A program made the position numbers and the translations under genes. From the NCBI GenBank assembly GCA_964620965.1, contig CAZUHV010000003.1, forward strand, positions 12,777-76,776: 64,000 nt of DNA, in the 5' to 3' direction. The stretch is from an uncultured Pseudomonadales bacterium. GTDB taxonomy: Bacteria; Patescibacteriota; Microgenomatia; UBA1400; PJMF01. Every line of letters begins with the position of its first letter. Position 1 is the first letter of the stretch. The notes under the pieces are model-generated. The model did not search any database. It was not told the DNA's origin and was given only the letters and a program-made list of their open reading frames with translations. Positions 29,745 through 39,858 of this stretch are shown piece after piece.

Positions 29745-30464
29745 TCAACCTTTTCCAAAACGTCGGTTTCTTCTGTTGAATTCTAGTATCGCCGCATCTA
29801 ATTCTTTTTCATGCATATCTGGAAATGGATAATCCACAAAAATGAATTCCGAGTACTGTTGTTGCCAAGACATAAAGCCAGACATTCTTTGCTCGCCACT
29901 CGTTCGTAATATGAAATCTGGGTCGGGCATATCTGCAGTATCTAAATGACTTGCTACGACTGCATCAGTAATATCTTCTGGCTTTAATTTCCCTTCAAGA
30001 ACTTCTTGAGCAATTTTTTGGGTTGCGCGTCTAATCTCATCTCGTCCACCATAGTTCATTGCCAACGTTACCGTGATTTTAGTATTTTCTTTTGTAAGTT
30101 TTTCACCTTTAACAATTCTCTCTTGAATATCTTCCGCAAACCCAGTGATATCACCAATCATATTAAATCGAACCCCTTTTTCTTTCCAACCATCAATCTG
30201 CTTATCAAAAATATCTCTAAAAAGATTCATTAAGAAATCGACCTCTATTTTGTCACGGTCCCAATTTTCTGTACTAAAAATCCAAAAAGTTAGATATTTG
30301 ACTCCAATTTTTGCAGCATAATCAATGAGCTCTTCAAAGTTTTCTGTAACTGCTCTTTTATGTCCTGCAAAGACTTTTAACCCTCTTGCTTTTGCCCATC
30401 TTCTATTACCATCGCAAATGACTGCAATATGTGTCGGAATTTGACCTAGATCTTCTTTTTTCAT
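29745..30464 (-). CDS. uppS: Undecaprenyl/polyprenyl diphosphate synthase
   Basis: HIAVICDGNRRWA, FSTENW, NYGGRDE, RTSGEQRMSGF, RRFG. Confidence 0.97.
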   Translation of the reverse strand: MKKEDLGQIPTHIAVICDGNRRWAKARGLKVFAGHKRAVTENFEELIDYAAKIGVKYLTFWIFSTENWDRDKIEVDFLMNLFRDIFDKQIDGWKEKGVRFNMIGDITGFAEDIQERIVKGEKLTKENTKITVTLAMNYGGRDEIRRATQKIAQEVLEGKLKPEDITDAVVASHLDTADMPDPDFILRTSGEQRMSGFMSWQQQYSEFIFVDYPFPDMHEKELDAAILEFNRRNRRFGKG

Positions 30465-30551
30465 ACTATTTTCCTTTTTTTGTTTCTCTTAGATTTTTCT
30501 AAAAATTTCATTCTTATAAAAAATCTTCTTTACTTTTCAATTTACTTAAAA

Positions 30552-31130
30552 TTAACTTTTATTCAATCCACGAACCTTAGTATACCTAAAACAACCAATA
30601 GTGTGATCATTAACCATTCCAGTTGCCTGCATATGTGCATAGATAATTGTTGGCCCAACAAAAGTAAAACCTCTTTTCTTCAAATCGTTGCTAATTTTTT
30701 GTGATAGTTCCGTTTGAGCAGGATACTCTGAAACAGATTCCCAGTTATTTTGTATCGGCTTATTGTTCACGAACTGCCAAATATACTTACTAAAACTGCC
30801 AAACTCTTCTTGAACTTTTATAAATGCTCGCGCATTAGTAACTGCAGATTTTACTTTTAATCTATTTCTAATAATTGCTGAGTTTTGCAATAATTTTTCT
30901 ACTTCTTTTTCATCAAACTTTGCAACTTTCTGTACATCCCAATTCGCAAATGCCTTTTTATATCCATCACGGCGTTTTAAAATTGTATCCCAAGATAATC
31001 CTGCTTGAGCTCCTTCTAAAACTAAAAACTCAAATAACGTTACATCATCAAAAACAGGAACTCCCCATTCTGTATCATGATACTTCTCATAAACTTCATT
31101 ATTTTTAGGAACCCAACTACATCGGTGCAT
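30552..31130 (-). CDS. tag: DNA-3-methyladenine glycosylase I
   Basis: RCSW...YHDTEWG, LEGAQAGLSW, IIRNRLK, GFTFVGPT, GMVNDH..C. Confidence 0.97.
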   Translation of the reverse strand: MHRCSWVPKNNEVYEKYHDTEWGVPVFDDVTLFEFLVLEGAQAGLSWDTILKRRDGYKKAFANWDVQKVAKFDEKEVEKLLQNSAIIRNRLKVKSAVTNARAFIKVQEEFGSFSKYIWQFVNNKPIQNNWESVSEYPAQTELSQKISNDLKKRGFTFVGPTIIYAHMQATGMVNDHTIGCFRYTKVRGLNKS

Positions 31131-31131
31131 A

Positions 31132-31701
31132 TTATTTGAAAAAACTAACTTGTAATTTTCCGTTAATAATTTGTTTTATTATTGGTAAGTATTTTTCGTT
31201 AAAGCTTTCTCCACTAGAAATCATTTTTTCTAACTCAATAAGAGAAACAACTCTCGTTGCAGAAACTTCTGCTTCATCAAATTCTATTTTTTCTCCAGAA
31301 TATTTTCCAATAAAGTAGTACATAAAATGAGATTCATGTGAGTACTCAACATATTGTTTCATTAAAAAATCCAGATGGATATTTTTTAAACCATACTCTT
31401 CTTTTAATTCAATGTACGCAATTTTTTCTGGATTTTCACCTGCTGGGATATGTCCTGCTAAGACAGACCACATATTTGGGTGCACCGTTTTATATGTACT
31501 TCGTTTTTGAATAACAAAATTTTTATTTTCATCAAAAAGCAAGACCGATATTTCACGATGCGTTAACTTGGGATCTTTGTTTGCAATCTCCCTATTAACA
31601 GTACCAATGACTTGATCATTACTATCAACTAAATCTAACAATTCTTTTGGAGAATTTGCTTTTTCGAAATTTTGATCGCTAGTTCTGCTCTTATTACTCA
31701 T
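31132..31701 (-). CDS. Nudix hydrolase, IDI type 1-like
   Basis: LVD..D.VIG, HREISV.LF, QKRS..K, GHIPAGE....A..ELKEEYG Nudix box. Confidence 0.8.
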   Translation of the reverse strand: MSNKSRTSDQNFEKANSPKELLDLVDSNDQVIGTVNREIANKDPKLTHREISVLLFDENKNFVIQKRSTYKTVHPNMWSVLAGHIPAGENPEKIAYIELKEEYGLKNIHLDFLMKQYVEYSHESHFMYYFIGKYSGEKIEFDEAEVSATRVVSLIELEKMISSGESFNEKYLPIIKQIINGKLQVSFFK

Positions 31702-31718
31702 TCTTCAAAACCTTTAGC

Positions 31719-32708
31719 TTAAAACAAATGCTCTTGAATTTCTTTTGGCTTATCACCCACTTTTGCAGTTAGTGTTTTTACAACTAAGGACAAATTATTT
31801 AATCGTTCCTGCACTGCATCTTGGAATTTAGGTAAAGTCAAAATATGTAAATTAAAGCCAGTGTTAATAGTAAAATAACACTCAATTCCTTCTTCACGTA
31901 ATTTTTCGACCTCTTGCATTACCTGCAAAGTGCCTGGATACCATAAAATTAAAGGAACCTCACTTGTTAGTAAAATGCTATGAAATTCTAGCGCTTCTGC
32001 TTCAACAATCTTTCCTAGTTTTGTAAAATTCTTTTCTTTGATAGCAGATTTAACTGCTTCAATTTTTGCTTTGATATTATTTTGTCTTACCTCAAAAAAT
32101 GGGCTTGATTGTGCAGATTCATGTCCTTCAGTTGAGCTAATTTTTTTTTGGCCTTCATCTACTACTGCAACAACATCCCTAATATCCCAATGATCTTTGT
32201 CGAAAATTGTATGTGAATATGAAGTTTCTGAAGTATCTCCGTCTAACCATTCAACAAATCCCCCACATGCACATCTGCAAGCTGTTCCAGAAGCTTGTCG
32301 AGACAAAATACTCAATTCTTTTTCAGATAATTCTAAATCCAATGCTTTTGCAGCTGCATAGGTAAGTGCTGCCATACCAGAACCAGAACTAGAAAGTCCT
32401 GTTCCTCTTGGAAAAGTGTTTTTTGAAACAACTTTTGCTTTCAAATCTACGTTTGCTAGTTTTCGCATTCTATCAAGATGTTTTATAACTCGTTTCGCTT
32501 CTCTGGAAATTACTTCAATTTTTTTATCTTGAATGTACACTTCATCTTCAGAGAATGATTCACTAAACTCAACTGTTGTAATGGTATCCATGCCATCTAA
32601 AATGATTGAAATGCTACCATTTTCAGGTAGACGCAAAACTTCATCTTTTTTACCCCAATACTTGACCAAAGCAATATCACTAGAAGCTTTAATTGTCGTT
32701 TTTCTCAT
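31719..32708 (-). CDS. mvaD: Diphosphomevalonate decarboxylase
   Basis: IALVKYWGK, NGSIS, GLSSSGSG, SGTACR, K.ISSTEGH. Start at ATG 32708. Confidence 0.93.
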   Translation of the reverse strand: MRKTTIKASSDIALVKYWGKKDEVLRLPENGSISIILDGMDTITTVEFSESFSEDEVYIQDKKIEVISREAKRVIKHLDRMRKLANVDLKAKVVSKNTFPRGTGLSSSGSGMAALTYAAAKALDLELSEKELSILSRQASGTACRCACGGFVEWLDGDTSETSYSHTIFDKDHWDIRDVVAVVDEGQKKISSTEGHESAQSSPFFEVRQNNIKAKIEAVKSAIKEKNFTKLGKIVEAEALEFHSILLTSEVPLILWYPGTLQVMQEVEKLREEGIECYFTINTGFNLHILTLPKFQDAVQERLNNLSLVVKTLTAKVGDKPKEIQEHLF

Positions 32709-32712
32709 AAAA

Positions 32713-33714
32713 TTATTCCTCTGTCTTGCTTTCGATTCTGACACCTTCAGCATTAATAGCAACATCAATTACTTTACCATCGATTTTTTCTAATTCTTCT
32801 CTAACATTTTCTAATTTGTCTTCACTAGCAACGGCTAAAATACAGTCCCCACCTGCTGCGCCAGAAGAAGTTGCACCATATGCACCCGCGTCAATGGCTG
32901 TAGAAATGAGCTGTTCAAGTCTATTATTACTCACACCTAACTCTCGAGCACATTCTTGAGATTCATTAAATAAATCTCCAATTTTTTTCCAATCACTATG
33001 TTCTGCAGACTCGACAAAATCTTCTGCAACTGCAGCAATGCGTTTAAAAACTGTGTCAATTTTTTCTGGATTTTTTTCTAATTTACTATTTACAACCCTG
33101 ATAAGGGTTGGAGTATCAGCTTTTTCTCCAGAGTATGCAATTACTAATGGAATGTTTTTTGCCTTTATTTCCTTAACAACTTTCGCAGGACTTACATAGT
33201 ATAGTGAGCCTCCCCAAATTGCGGCAGCCAGATCATACCCAGATCCAACACCTTGAACTTCAATTACTGCTTCATAACATAAGTCAAATAATTCCTGATT
33301 TGTAAGCTCCAAACCATATAAAGTTGTTAGGGCTTTTGCAAATGCTACTGTTACCGCACTACTTGAACCAAAACCATAGGTACTAGAAAAATCACTTCTT
33401 GTTGTGACAATAATACCTTCTTTTTGTGGATGTAATTTCAAAAAATTCTTATACAAAATTTCGATAAATCGAACGGCCTTTGGTAAGTCTTTTTTACCTA
33501 GATCTGCCATGCTTTTTGTATATGACGACAAACCTAAATCTGGAGCGTCTAAATGAAACACATCAACTCCATTCTTTGTAACTGTAGCAAATAAACGCTG
33601 GTCAACTGCTGTAACTACAGTTGGATATCCATGAACAACTGCATATCCAACAGAAAGCATTAATTTTCCAGGAGCAGAAGCAGTAACTTGTTTTATATTT
33701 TTATTTTTGATCAT
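32713..33714 (-). CDS. Phosphomevalonate kinase (GHMP family)
   Basis: SAPGKL, GFGSSSAVTVA, QGVGSGYDLAA, SGAAGGDC. Confidence 0.8.
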   Translation of the reverse strand: MIKNKNIKQVTASAPGKLMLSVGYAVVHGYPTVVTAVDQRLFATVTKNGVDVFHLDAPDLGLSSYTKSMADLGKKDLPKAVRFIEILYKNFLKLHPQKEGIIVTTRSDFSSTYGFGSSSAVTVAFAKALTTLYGLELTNQELFDLCYEAVIEVQGVGSGYDLAAAIWGGSLYYVSPAKVVKEIKAKNIPLVIAYSGEKADTPTLIRVVNSKLEKNPEKIDTVFKRIAAVAEDFVESAEHSDWKKIGDLFNESQECARELGVSNNRLEQLISTAIDAGAYGATSSGAAGGDCILAVASEDKLENVREELEKIDGKVIDVAINAEGVRIESKTEE

Positions 33715-33731
33715 AATCTAAACAGAACTTT

Positions 33732-34604
33732 CTATTTTACCTCAGTTTCAATATTTTCCCAAGCATTTTCCTTACATAAATTGTTTACACTACTCAAATC
33801 TTTTGAGTATACAAGCAACCAACCAGAACCTGTTTGAATTCCACCAGCTCCGGTAATTTTTACATGAGCATCTGTTTTCCTAATTTCTGCAATCATTTTT
33901 TTTGCAGTTTCTCCAACAACTCCAAGTTTTTCCAGTTCCGTTTGGTTTTTATCTAATAAATCTCCAGAAAATATACCAGTATTGAGTTCTGCATATATGC
34001 TTTTACTAATTTTGCCAATTTTTTGTATGGTTTTTTTTAGTTCAGGCTCCTTTTTAATTTTTCCTGCAACAAACGAAACCATTTCTCCCGTAGACTCTGT
34101 TGCTTTTCCAGAATTGATTAACAAAAAAACATATTTTTTTGGCAAACTCATTTTTCGTTTTTCAAACTTTCCAGTTTCTAAATCTCGTCTAAATGAGTGC
34201 ACTCCTCCATATACAACTGCACAGGGATCAATTCCGCTAGGTTTTTTATGGATAAAAACTTCTGAATCAAGAACTAACTGAAACATTTCATCTTTTGGAA
34301 TAGAAATATTAAAAAAATCAGCCAGTGCTTGTAATACAGCATGTGCAAAAGCAGCAGAAGAACCAAGCCCAGAATTTTCTGGTATTTCTGATTTTACCTG
34401 TAACTTCAAAAATGAAGTATCTACACCATATTCTTTTTCAAATAAATCTAAAATATGTGATTCATACTCAGATCTTTCTGGTTTTATAGCAACTTTAGAA
34501 ACTGTAACAGTAATTGTTTTTTTCAAACTAGAAACTAGAGCTAATTCTCCGTGTACAACACTATGCTCCCCAGTAATAATGAATTTTCCGTAACTTTGAT
34601 TCAT
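33732..34604 (-). CDS. mvk: Mevalonate kinase
   Basis: GKFIITGEHSVVHG, PENSGLGSSAA, HKKPSGID, KITGAG. Confidence 0.9.
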   Translation of the reverse strand: MNQSYGKFIITGEHSVVHGELALVSSLKKTITVTVSKVAIKPERSEYESHILDLFEKEYGVDTSFLKLQVKSEIPENSGLGSSAAFAHAVLQALADFFNISIPKDEMFQLVLDSEVFIHKKPSGIDPCAVVYGGVHSFRRDLETGKFEKRKMSLPKKYVFLLINSGKATESTGEMVSFVAGKIKKEPELKKTIQKIGKISKSIYAELNTGIFSGDLLDKNQTELEKLGVVGETAKKMIAEIRKTDAHVKITGAGGIQTGSGWLLVYSKDLSSVNNLCKENAWENIETEVK

Positions 34605-34740
34605 AAAAAAATTCTCAATAAATTGAGATATACATATAGTCGTAAAAAAATCTTAAAATCATGCAAATTACTTATTAAAATTGAACTTGTTGGAGCAAAA
34701 TTTCTATCTAATATAGCAAAAAACTATATTTATAAGAAAA

Positions 34741-35037
34741 CTATAATTTAACAGCCTTGAGGGTATATGGAATTATCGATATTTGATCTGGAATTTCAGC
34801 TTTTCGTAGTTCTAATCGAACCTGATCACCTATTTCAAATATTATTTGAGCCTCTCCCATAACTTCAATTTTTTTTCCAGAATCTAAAACTACAAGTAAA
34901 AAACAGTACGGCAAGAATGGTTCAAGTTCTGGAGTTGTTACCTCGACCTTTGTTACAAACTCAACAACACCAGTTTTACCTAGTAACTTATGCCAATTTT
35001 GACTTTCTCTATAGTACTTTGCAGGATATGCACTCAT
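34741..35037 (-). CDS. DUF35-like OB-fold scaffold protein (no Zn ribbon)
   Basis: G.V..VT.V......F.PY...LV.LD.G...GD.V....R; lies directly downstream of the thiolase, as in archaeal thiolase/HMGS/DUF35 operons. Confidence 0.75.
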   Translation of the reverse strand: MSAYPAKYYRESQNWHKLLGKTGVVEFVTKVEVTTPELEPFLPYCFLLVVLDSGKKIEVMGEAQIIFEIGDQVRLELRKAEIPDQISIIPYTLKAVKL

Positions 35038-35051
35038 CTTTTACCTCAACT

Positions 35052-36290
35052 TTACTGTTGTATCTCTTTACTCAAAATATGCACTACCGCTGTTGCCCCA
35101 CTTCCCCCAACATTATGTGCAAGTGCATATATTTTTTTACTCGATTTAGATTTATTTTGCGTTGATCCATTTTTTTCATAAGACTTTTCTAGTAATTGTG
35201 CCAAAAATGCAACTTGTTTTACTCCAGTAGCACCAACTGGATGTCCGCATGCTTTTAAACCTCCAGATGGGTTTATCACAACAGAACCACCATAGGTTGT
35301 TTGCCCATCAGCAACAGCCACCCCTCCCTTACCCTTTTTGAAAAAACCTAAGTCTTCGATTGCCAAAATTTCTGCAATCGTAAAACAATCATGAACTTCA
35401 GCATACGAAATATCTTTCGCAGATATATTGGCTTGTGTATATGCCTGTTGTGCCGCCAGCTTTGTTGCTCGTAACTCAAGTAACGACTCTCTGTCTGCAA
35501 GAGCTAGCGTGTCTTGGGCATGGCCAACAGCTTCAATTACAACTTTCTTGGAATATTTTTTGATATCTTTTGTGGTTAATATAACTGCAGCGGCACCATC
35601 AGAAATTGGTGAACAATCAAAAATTCGCAGAGGTTCTGCCACCATAGTACTTTTGCTAATCACTTCAACAGGAATTTCTTTTCTAAACTGAGCAGTTTTA
35701 TTTCCTAAAGCATGTATGTGATTTTTGTGTGCAACTTGAGAAAGTTGTTCCCTCGTTGTGCCAAACTCATTCATGTGAGCTTGAGCAAGTAATCCATACA
35801 ATGCAGGGAAAGTACTCCCAAACTCTTTTTGATACTCACTGGCTCCTGCAAGAATTTTTGTGGATTCTCCGACAGAAACATCTGTCATTTTTTCTGCACC
35901 AACTACAAGTACTGTTTTGTATTTGCCAGCTTGTAAGGCTGTTTCTGCTAGTTCAAGTGCAATACTTCCAGATGCACAAGCTGCCTCAACCCTAAATGCT
36001 GGCGGATTATGAGGTAACATCTGAGAAACTAGTGCATTTAAGTGGGATTGGTTCGCAAACTCACCTCCAGACATGTTTGCAACAAATACTGCATCAATCT
36101 CCAAAGAATTAAACTTCGACTGAGGCAACTTTATTCCATATTCATGTGTAACTACTCTATTTTTAAACGTAACACCATCTATCGAGTTTAGAGCTCCAAA
36201 CACAGCTTCTTCAAACAAACTCTCTAACGACCTCTGCCACAGCTCGCCAAACTTTGTTATATAGCTGCCAATTATTCTAATTTTTTTCAT
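35052..36290 (-). CDS. Acetyl-CoA acetyltransferase (archaeal/SCP2-type thiolase)
   Basis: VEAACASG, GAEKMTD, DCSPISDGAAA, EVHDCF, NPSGGLKACGHPVGATG, HNVGG. Confidence 0.93.
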   Translation of the reverse strand: MKKIRIIGSYITKFGELWQRSLESLFEEAVFGALNSIDGVTFKNRVVTHEYGIKLPQSKFNSLEIDAVFVANMSGGEFANQSHLNALVSQMLPHNPPAFRVEAACASGSIALELAETALQAGKYKTVLVVGAEKMTDVSVGESTKILAGASEYQKEFGSTFPALYGLLAQAHMNEFGTTREQLSQVAHKNHIHALGNKTAQFRKEIPVEVISKSTMVAEPLRIFDCSPISDGAAAVILTTKDIKKYSKKVVIEAVGHAQDTLALADRESLLELRATKLAAQQAYTQANISAKDISYAEVHDCFTIAEILAIEDLGFFKKGKGGVAVADGQTTYGGSVVINPSGGLKACGHPVGATGVKQVAFLAQLLEKSYEKNGSTQNKSKSSKKIYALAHNVGGSGATAVVHILSKEIQQ

Positions 36291-36333
36291 GTATTACTTT
36301 TTTGCTTAACTTCCGCCTGTGCATTTTTACCTA

Positions 36334-37434
36334 TTAGCTTTTCTTTTGCCAACTCTTTCTTGCTAAAACTAACTGTTTTGTAGTCTCAAAAATAAATGCA
36401 TCACTCCCAGAACCAGATCCATATGATGCAACCAATATTTTTTTATTCTCTTTTGCTACTTCTAATGTATTTGCCAATCCCAACATACTCGCACCAGCAT
36501 ACGTATTTCCAATAGTCTTTACTAACAAACTAGGCTCTAATTTTTCTAATGGTATTTCCATTTTCTTTGCAAAAGCTGTTGGGAACTTTTCATTTGGAGT
36601 ATGAAACACAAAATAATCTATATCTGAAATTTTCAAACCAGTCTCTTGTAAAATTTGTGAAACAGAAAGAAAAATATGTTTAAAATATCCCGGTTCTGCG
36701 GTAAACCTTCCCGCATGTTCAGGATGTTCTTGTTGTGGTCTTCTCCAAAAATCAGGTGTATCTGTTGCAACTGAAGTTGTTGCTAATAACCTTGCAAGCA
36801 ATCTATTTTCTTTTTTACCACTCGATTCTGAACCTAAAATAAATGCCGCTCCACCGGCAGATGCTGTATATTCAAGTACATCTCCAGATTTTGCCTGAGC
36901 AGTATCTGCTCCTATCGCTAATGCATAATCAGAAAAACCAGAAAGTACATATAGAGCAGAAATTTGCAAAGCTTGAGTTCCAGCCTTACACGCAAACTGT
37001 AGGTCTGCTAAAGCAAGTGGTTTTACAAGATTACTAGAATTATCACTTACAAAGCCTTCATTTTCAATAAAACTGTCTGATGCAATTCCAAGTGCTTGAG
37101 CTACGACTGTTCCCGAAGGCTTAACTGCATACGGATGACTTTCACTCCCAATAAAAATTGCTCCAATTTGCTTTTTTACAGCGCCAACTAAGCCGCCTCT
37201 GTTACCAACTAAACCTTCTAACCTTTGGATCGCTTCAAATCCAGCCGCTGTTGCAATAGTAATAGTGTCTTCATCACTGTTTGGAACGCTTTTAGAAATA
37301 ACTCCTAAAGATGCGTAAATCTTTTGGGTTTCTTTTCCTTGTTTTTTGGCAATTTTTGCACCAGTTATTCTTTCCTTTGGAATTCTCAGTCCATACGAAA
37401 CAATGCCAACTGGTTTTTTACTAGTAAAAATCAT
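36334..37434 (-). CDS. Hydroxymethylglutaryl-CoA synthase (archaeal type)
   Basis: DEDTIT, GSESHPYAVKP, FACKAGT, DTPDFWRR, FHTPN, GNTYAG, SYGSGSG. Confidence 0.93.
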   Translation of the reverse strand: MIFTSKKPVGIVSYGLRIPKERITGAKIAKKQGKETQKIYASLGVISKSVPNSDEDTITIATAAGFEAIQRLEGLVGNRGGLVGAVKKQIGAIFIGSESHPYAVKPSGTVVAQALGIASDSFIENEGFVSDNSSNLVKPLALADLQFACKAGTQALQISALYVLSGFSDYALAIGADTAQAKSGDVLEYTASAGGAAFILGSESSGKKENRLLARLLATTSVATDTPDFWRRPQQEHPEHAGRFTAEPGYFKHIFLSVSQILQETGLKISDIDYFVFHTPNEKFPTAFAKKMEIPLEKLEPSLLVKTIGNTYAGASMLGLANTLEVAKENKKILVASYGSGSGSDAFIFETTKQLVLARKSWQKKS

Positions 37435-37442
37435 ATATTTTT

Positions 37443-38735
37443 CTAAGATTTTGTAAGTTTTGCTCTTCCAAGTTTTTTGTGAGCACTTGCCAGAGTGTCT
37501 GTTGTTAGAGCAGCCAAACCAGAAATTTCTCCGGCAAGAGCTGCTATACCTGCCCCTATCGCTAAGTCTTCTGCTTTTACTTCAATTTGTTTTTTTATTG
37601 TTTTTCCATTATTTTTTTCTACTTCTTGTATGTCTTCTTGCCCTGAAAAATTTCTCAGCAGAAACCTTGCCTGAGTTTGTTTTGGTAACCAAGTTCCACC
37701 TCCTACACTTCCAACACTTACATTTGGTAAAGTGAGCGCTACATACAAAAAATCATCAACTACTTCAAAATGAACACTTGCTTCACTCCCTGCAACTACA
37801 TGTGCAATATCCTGGCCAGTTGCTAGATAAAAGGCTCCTAAAGCATTCGCTACGTGCATATTTTGAGCAAACGAACCTGCAACATTACTCCCAATCACAT
37901 TTTTTACTAAATGTGTTTTTACGAGTCTCTTTGCGTCAACTTTTAGTAAAGGCTCTACATCAATAAGCTTAATTTTTGTTTCGACTGTTACAAAATATCC
38001 ACGTCCCTTGATTCTATTGATCATTGAATCTTTTTTATCTGTACACACATTCCCGGAAACAGTTAGTAAAGAAACCCAAATAGAATCGGGAAGTTGACGC
38101 TTAAACTTATCCCAGGCATATGAAAGTGCAATTGTAACCATGTTCATCCCCATTGCCTGATCTGTATCAAATACAAATCGGTAGTACAAAAGCTTATCTC
38201 GCATATATGATTCATAACTTAAAAATTTTAGGTGAGAACTCGTTTCTTCACAAAATTGAGCAAAAAGTGAGATGTTTTTTGAAAAATATTCCTCAAAAAT
38301 GACCGCGTCCTCTATTGAACCGCACTCGAAAACTACCGATCTACTCATGCCAATTTTCTTAACAATCACGGTTGTTTTTCCAGAATTTAAAACTTTAACT
38401 CCTCGTTGTATCGAAGCAACAAGTGCTCCTTCTGTTGTAGCAAGAGGAATAAAAAATGTCTTTTTTTCTTCTGATTTATCAGATTTAGTTGCATCAGAAA
38501 TATAAACTGATGTAACTGTGACTGGACCAGCAACTCCAACAGGAACCTCTACAGACCCAATATAATTTTCGCAGTTTTTTGTTCCAACTTCCTGAGGTAA
38601 ACTCGTCTCAAACAAAACATTCAGTTCTTTTTTAGAAATATCTGTAGCATCACAAATAAATTCTTGCCTTAATTCGCGTTTTTGATCTTCAGATAGTGTT
38701 TTGTCTCTAATATACAAAGACTGAGTTTTCGTCAC
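37443..38735 (-). CDS. hmgA: HMG-CoA reductase, class I (NADPH)
   Basis: CENYIG...PVGVAGP, PLATTEGALVAS, DQAMGMNM, GNVCTDKK, ATGQD, GGGT, GEIS, H near the C-terminus; GTG start. Confidence 0.93.
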   Translation of the reverse strand: MTKTQSLYIRDKTLSEDQKRELRQEFICDATDISKKELNVLFETSLPQEVGTKNCENYIGSVEVPVGVAGPVTVTSVYISDATKSDKSEEKKTFFIPLATTEGALVASIQRGVKVLNSGKTTVIVKKIGMSRSVVFECGSIEDAVIFEEYFSKNISLFAQFCEETSSHLKFLSYESYMRDKLLYYRFVFDTDQAMGMNMVTIALSYAWDKFKRQLPDSIWVSLLTVSGNVCTDKKDSMINRIKGRGYFVTVETKIKLIDVEPLLKVDAKRLVKTHLVKNVIGSNVAGSFAQNMHVANALGAFYLATGQDIAHVVAGSEASVHFEVVDDFLYVALTLPNVSVGSVGGGTWLPKQTQARFLLRNFSGQEDIQEVEKNNGKTIKKQIEVKAEDLAIGAGIAALAGEISGLAALTTDTLASAHKKLGRAKLTKS

Positions 38736-38839
38736 AAAACATTAGTCGGAAAAACAAACAATATTCACGCAAAATTTAAATCATTACTCAAAACTAATTA
38801 AGTAAAAAAAACCAATTTTCACTTTGTTTTCAGCGAATA

Positions 38840-39514
38840 CTATGAAAAAAGTTCTTTAAAAGCATCAAAAAGTCGTGCGTTTTTTAACATTAAAACTGTC
38901 CAAGGAGCTAATAAAAATTCTTTTTCAGAAACAATGACTTGTACCGTTGGTGTTTTTTCTTTTAATTCCCGAGTATCAAGAATAGCAAGCGTTTGTTCTG
39001 CGGCTATGTACTCCATTGTTGATACTGTTGAATATAGTTCTTTGAAATCAACCCAGCACACTTCACTTACTTCTTCCTTATTTATATGAAGCTGTTGGTT
39101 TAATAAACCAACATACACTTGGTCTATTTCGTGTTCACCATAGATATCATTTCCATATGCTTTATAAGAAAACTTAAAAGTTGGCTTTACAGAAACTCCT
39201 TTTAATCCTAACTCTTTATCCAGCCTTCTGTTTACACAATCATAAAAGGTTTCAGTTGGCCAAGCGTTTCCACAGGCAGAGTTTGCCCACCATCCGGCAC
39301 CAACAATTTTTTTATCACTTCTTTTTTGTAATAATACTTCACCCTTTGAATTAAATAACCAAACAGAAATTGCTAAGTGCAGTTTTGAAGGGTATTTATG
39401 AGCCTCAAATTTATCTTCTGGACCAATAAATGTGCCATCTGGCTCGACCAAACTTACTTCATCTTTTGCTATGAGTATCTCTCGTATTGTTTTATTTTGT
39501 GTGTCTGTATTCAT
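38840..39514 (-). CDS. idi: Isopentenyl-diphosphate delta-isomerase type 1
   Basis: K.EAH....LHLAISV.LFN, LLQKRS..K, WANSACG, EHEIDQV, APW. Confidence 0.85.
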   Translation of the reverse strand: MNTDTQNKTIREILIAKDEVSLVEPDGTFIGPEDKFEAHKYPSKLHLAISVWLFNSKGEVLLQKRSDKKIVGAGWWANSACGNAWPTETFYDCVNRRLDKELGLKGVSVKPTFKFSYKAYGNDIYGEHEIDQVYVGLLNQQLHINKEEVSEVCWVDFKELYSTVSTMEYIAAEQTLAILDTRELKEKTPTVQVIVSEKEFLLAPWTVLMLKNARLFDAFKELFS

Positions 39515-39519
39515 AAAAA

Positions 39520-39858
39520 CTAATCCTTATAGACAACTGTAAACCTCAATAATAAATACAATAACAAGATTTGCCAATAAATACAAAAAAAAGTAATAAC
39601 ATTGGAAATAAAGCTGATCCAATCACAAGCAAAAAAGTGAGTTGCAGAACAACTGAAAAGCAGTTGCACTGTTGGAACCAAAACCGATTTCCAAAAAACT
39701 GTTAAAAAGCTCAGAAAAAAACTAGGGAGCAGTGTCATCCAAACAAATAGCTTTTGCTTCACAAGAGACTGCATTGTTTGATATGGGTGCAATAAAAGAC
39801 CAGTTGTAATTTGTCCTAAAGAATACACTACAGAAAAAAAGACTCTTCTTGTTTTCAT
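39520..39858 (-). CDS. Small membrane protein
   Basis: 112 aa, three hydrophobic segments, LLLHPYQ motif; overlaps the upstream ORF. Confidence 0.65.
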   Translation of the reverse strand: MKTRRVFFSVVYSLGQITTGLLLHPYQTMQSLVKQKLFVWMTLLPSFFLSFLTVFWKSVLVPTVQLLFSCSATHFFACDWISFISNVITFFCIYWQILLLYLLLRFTVVYKD

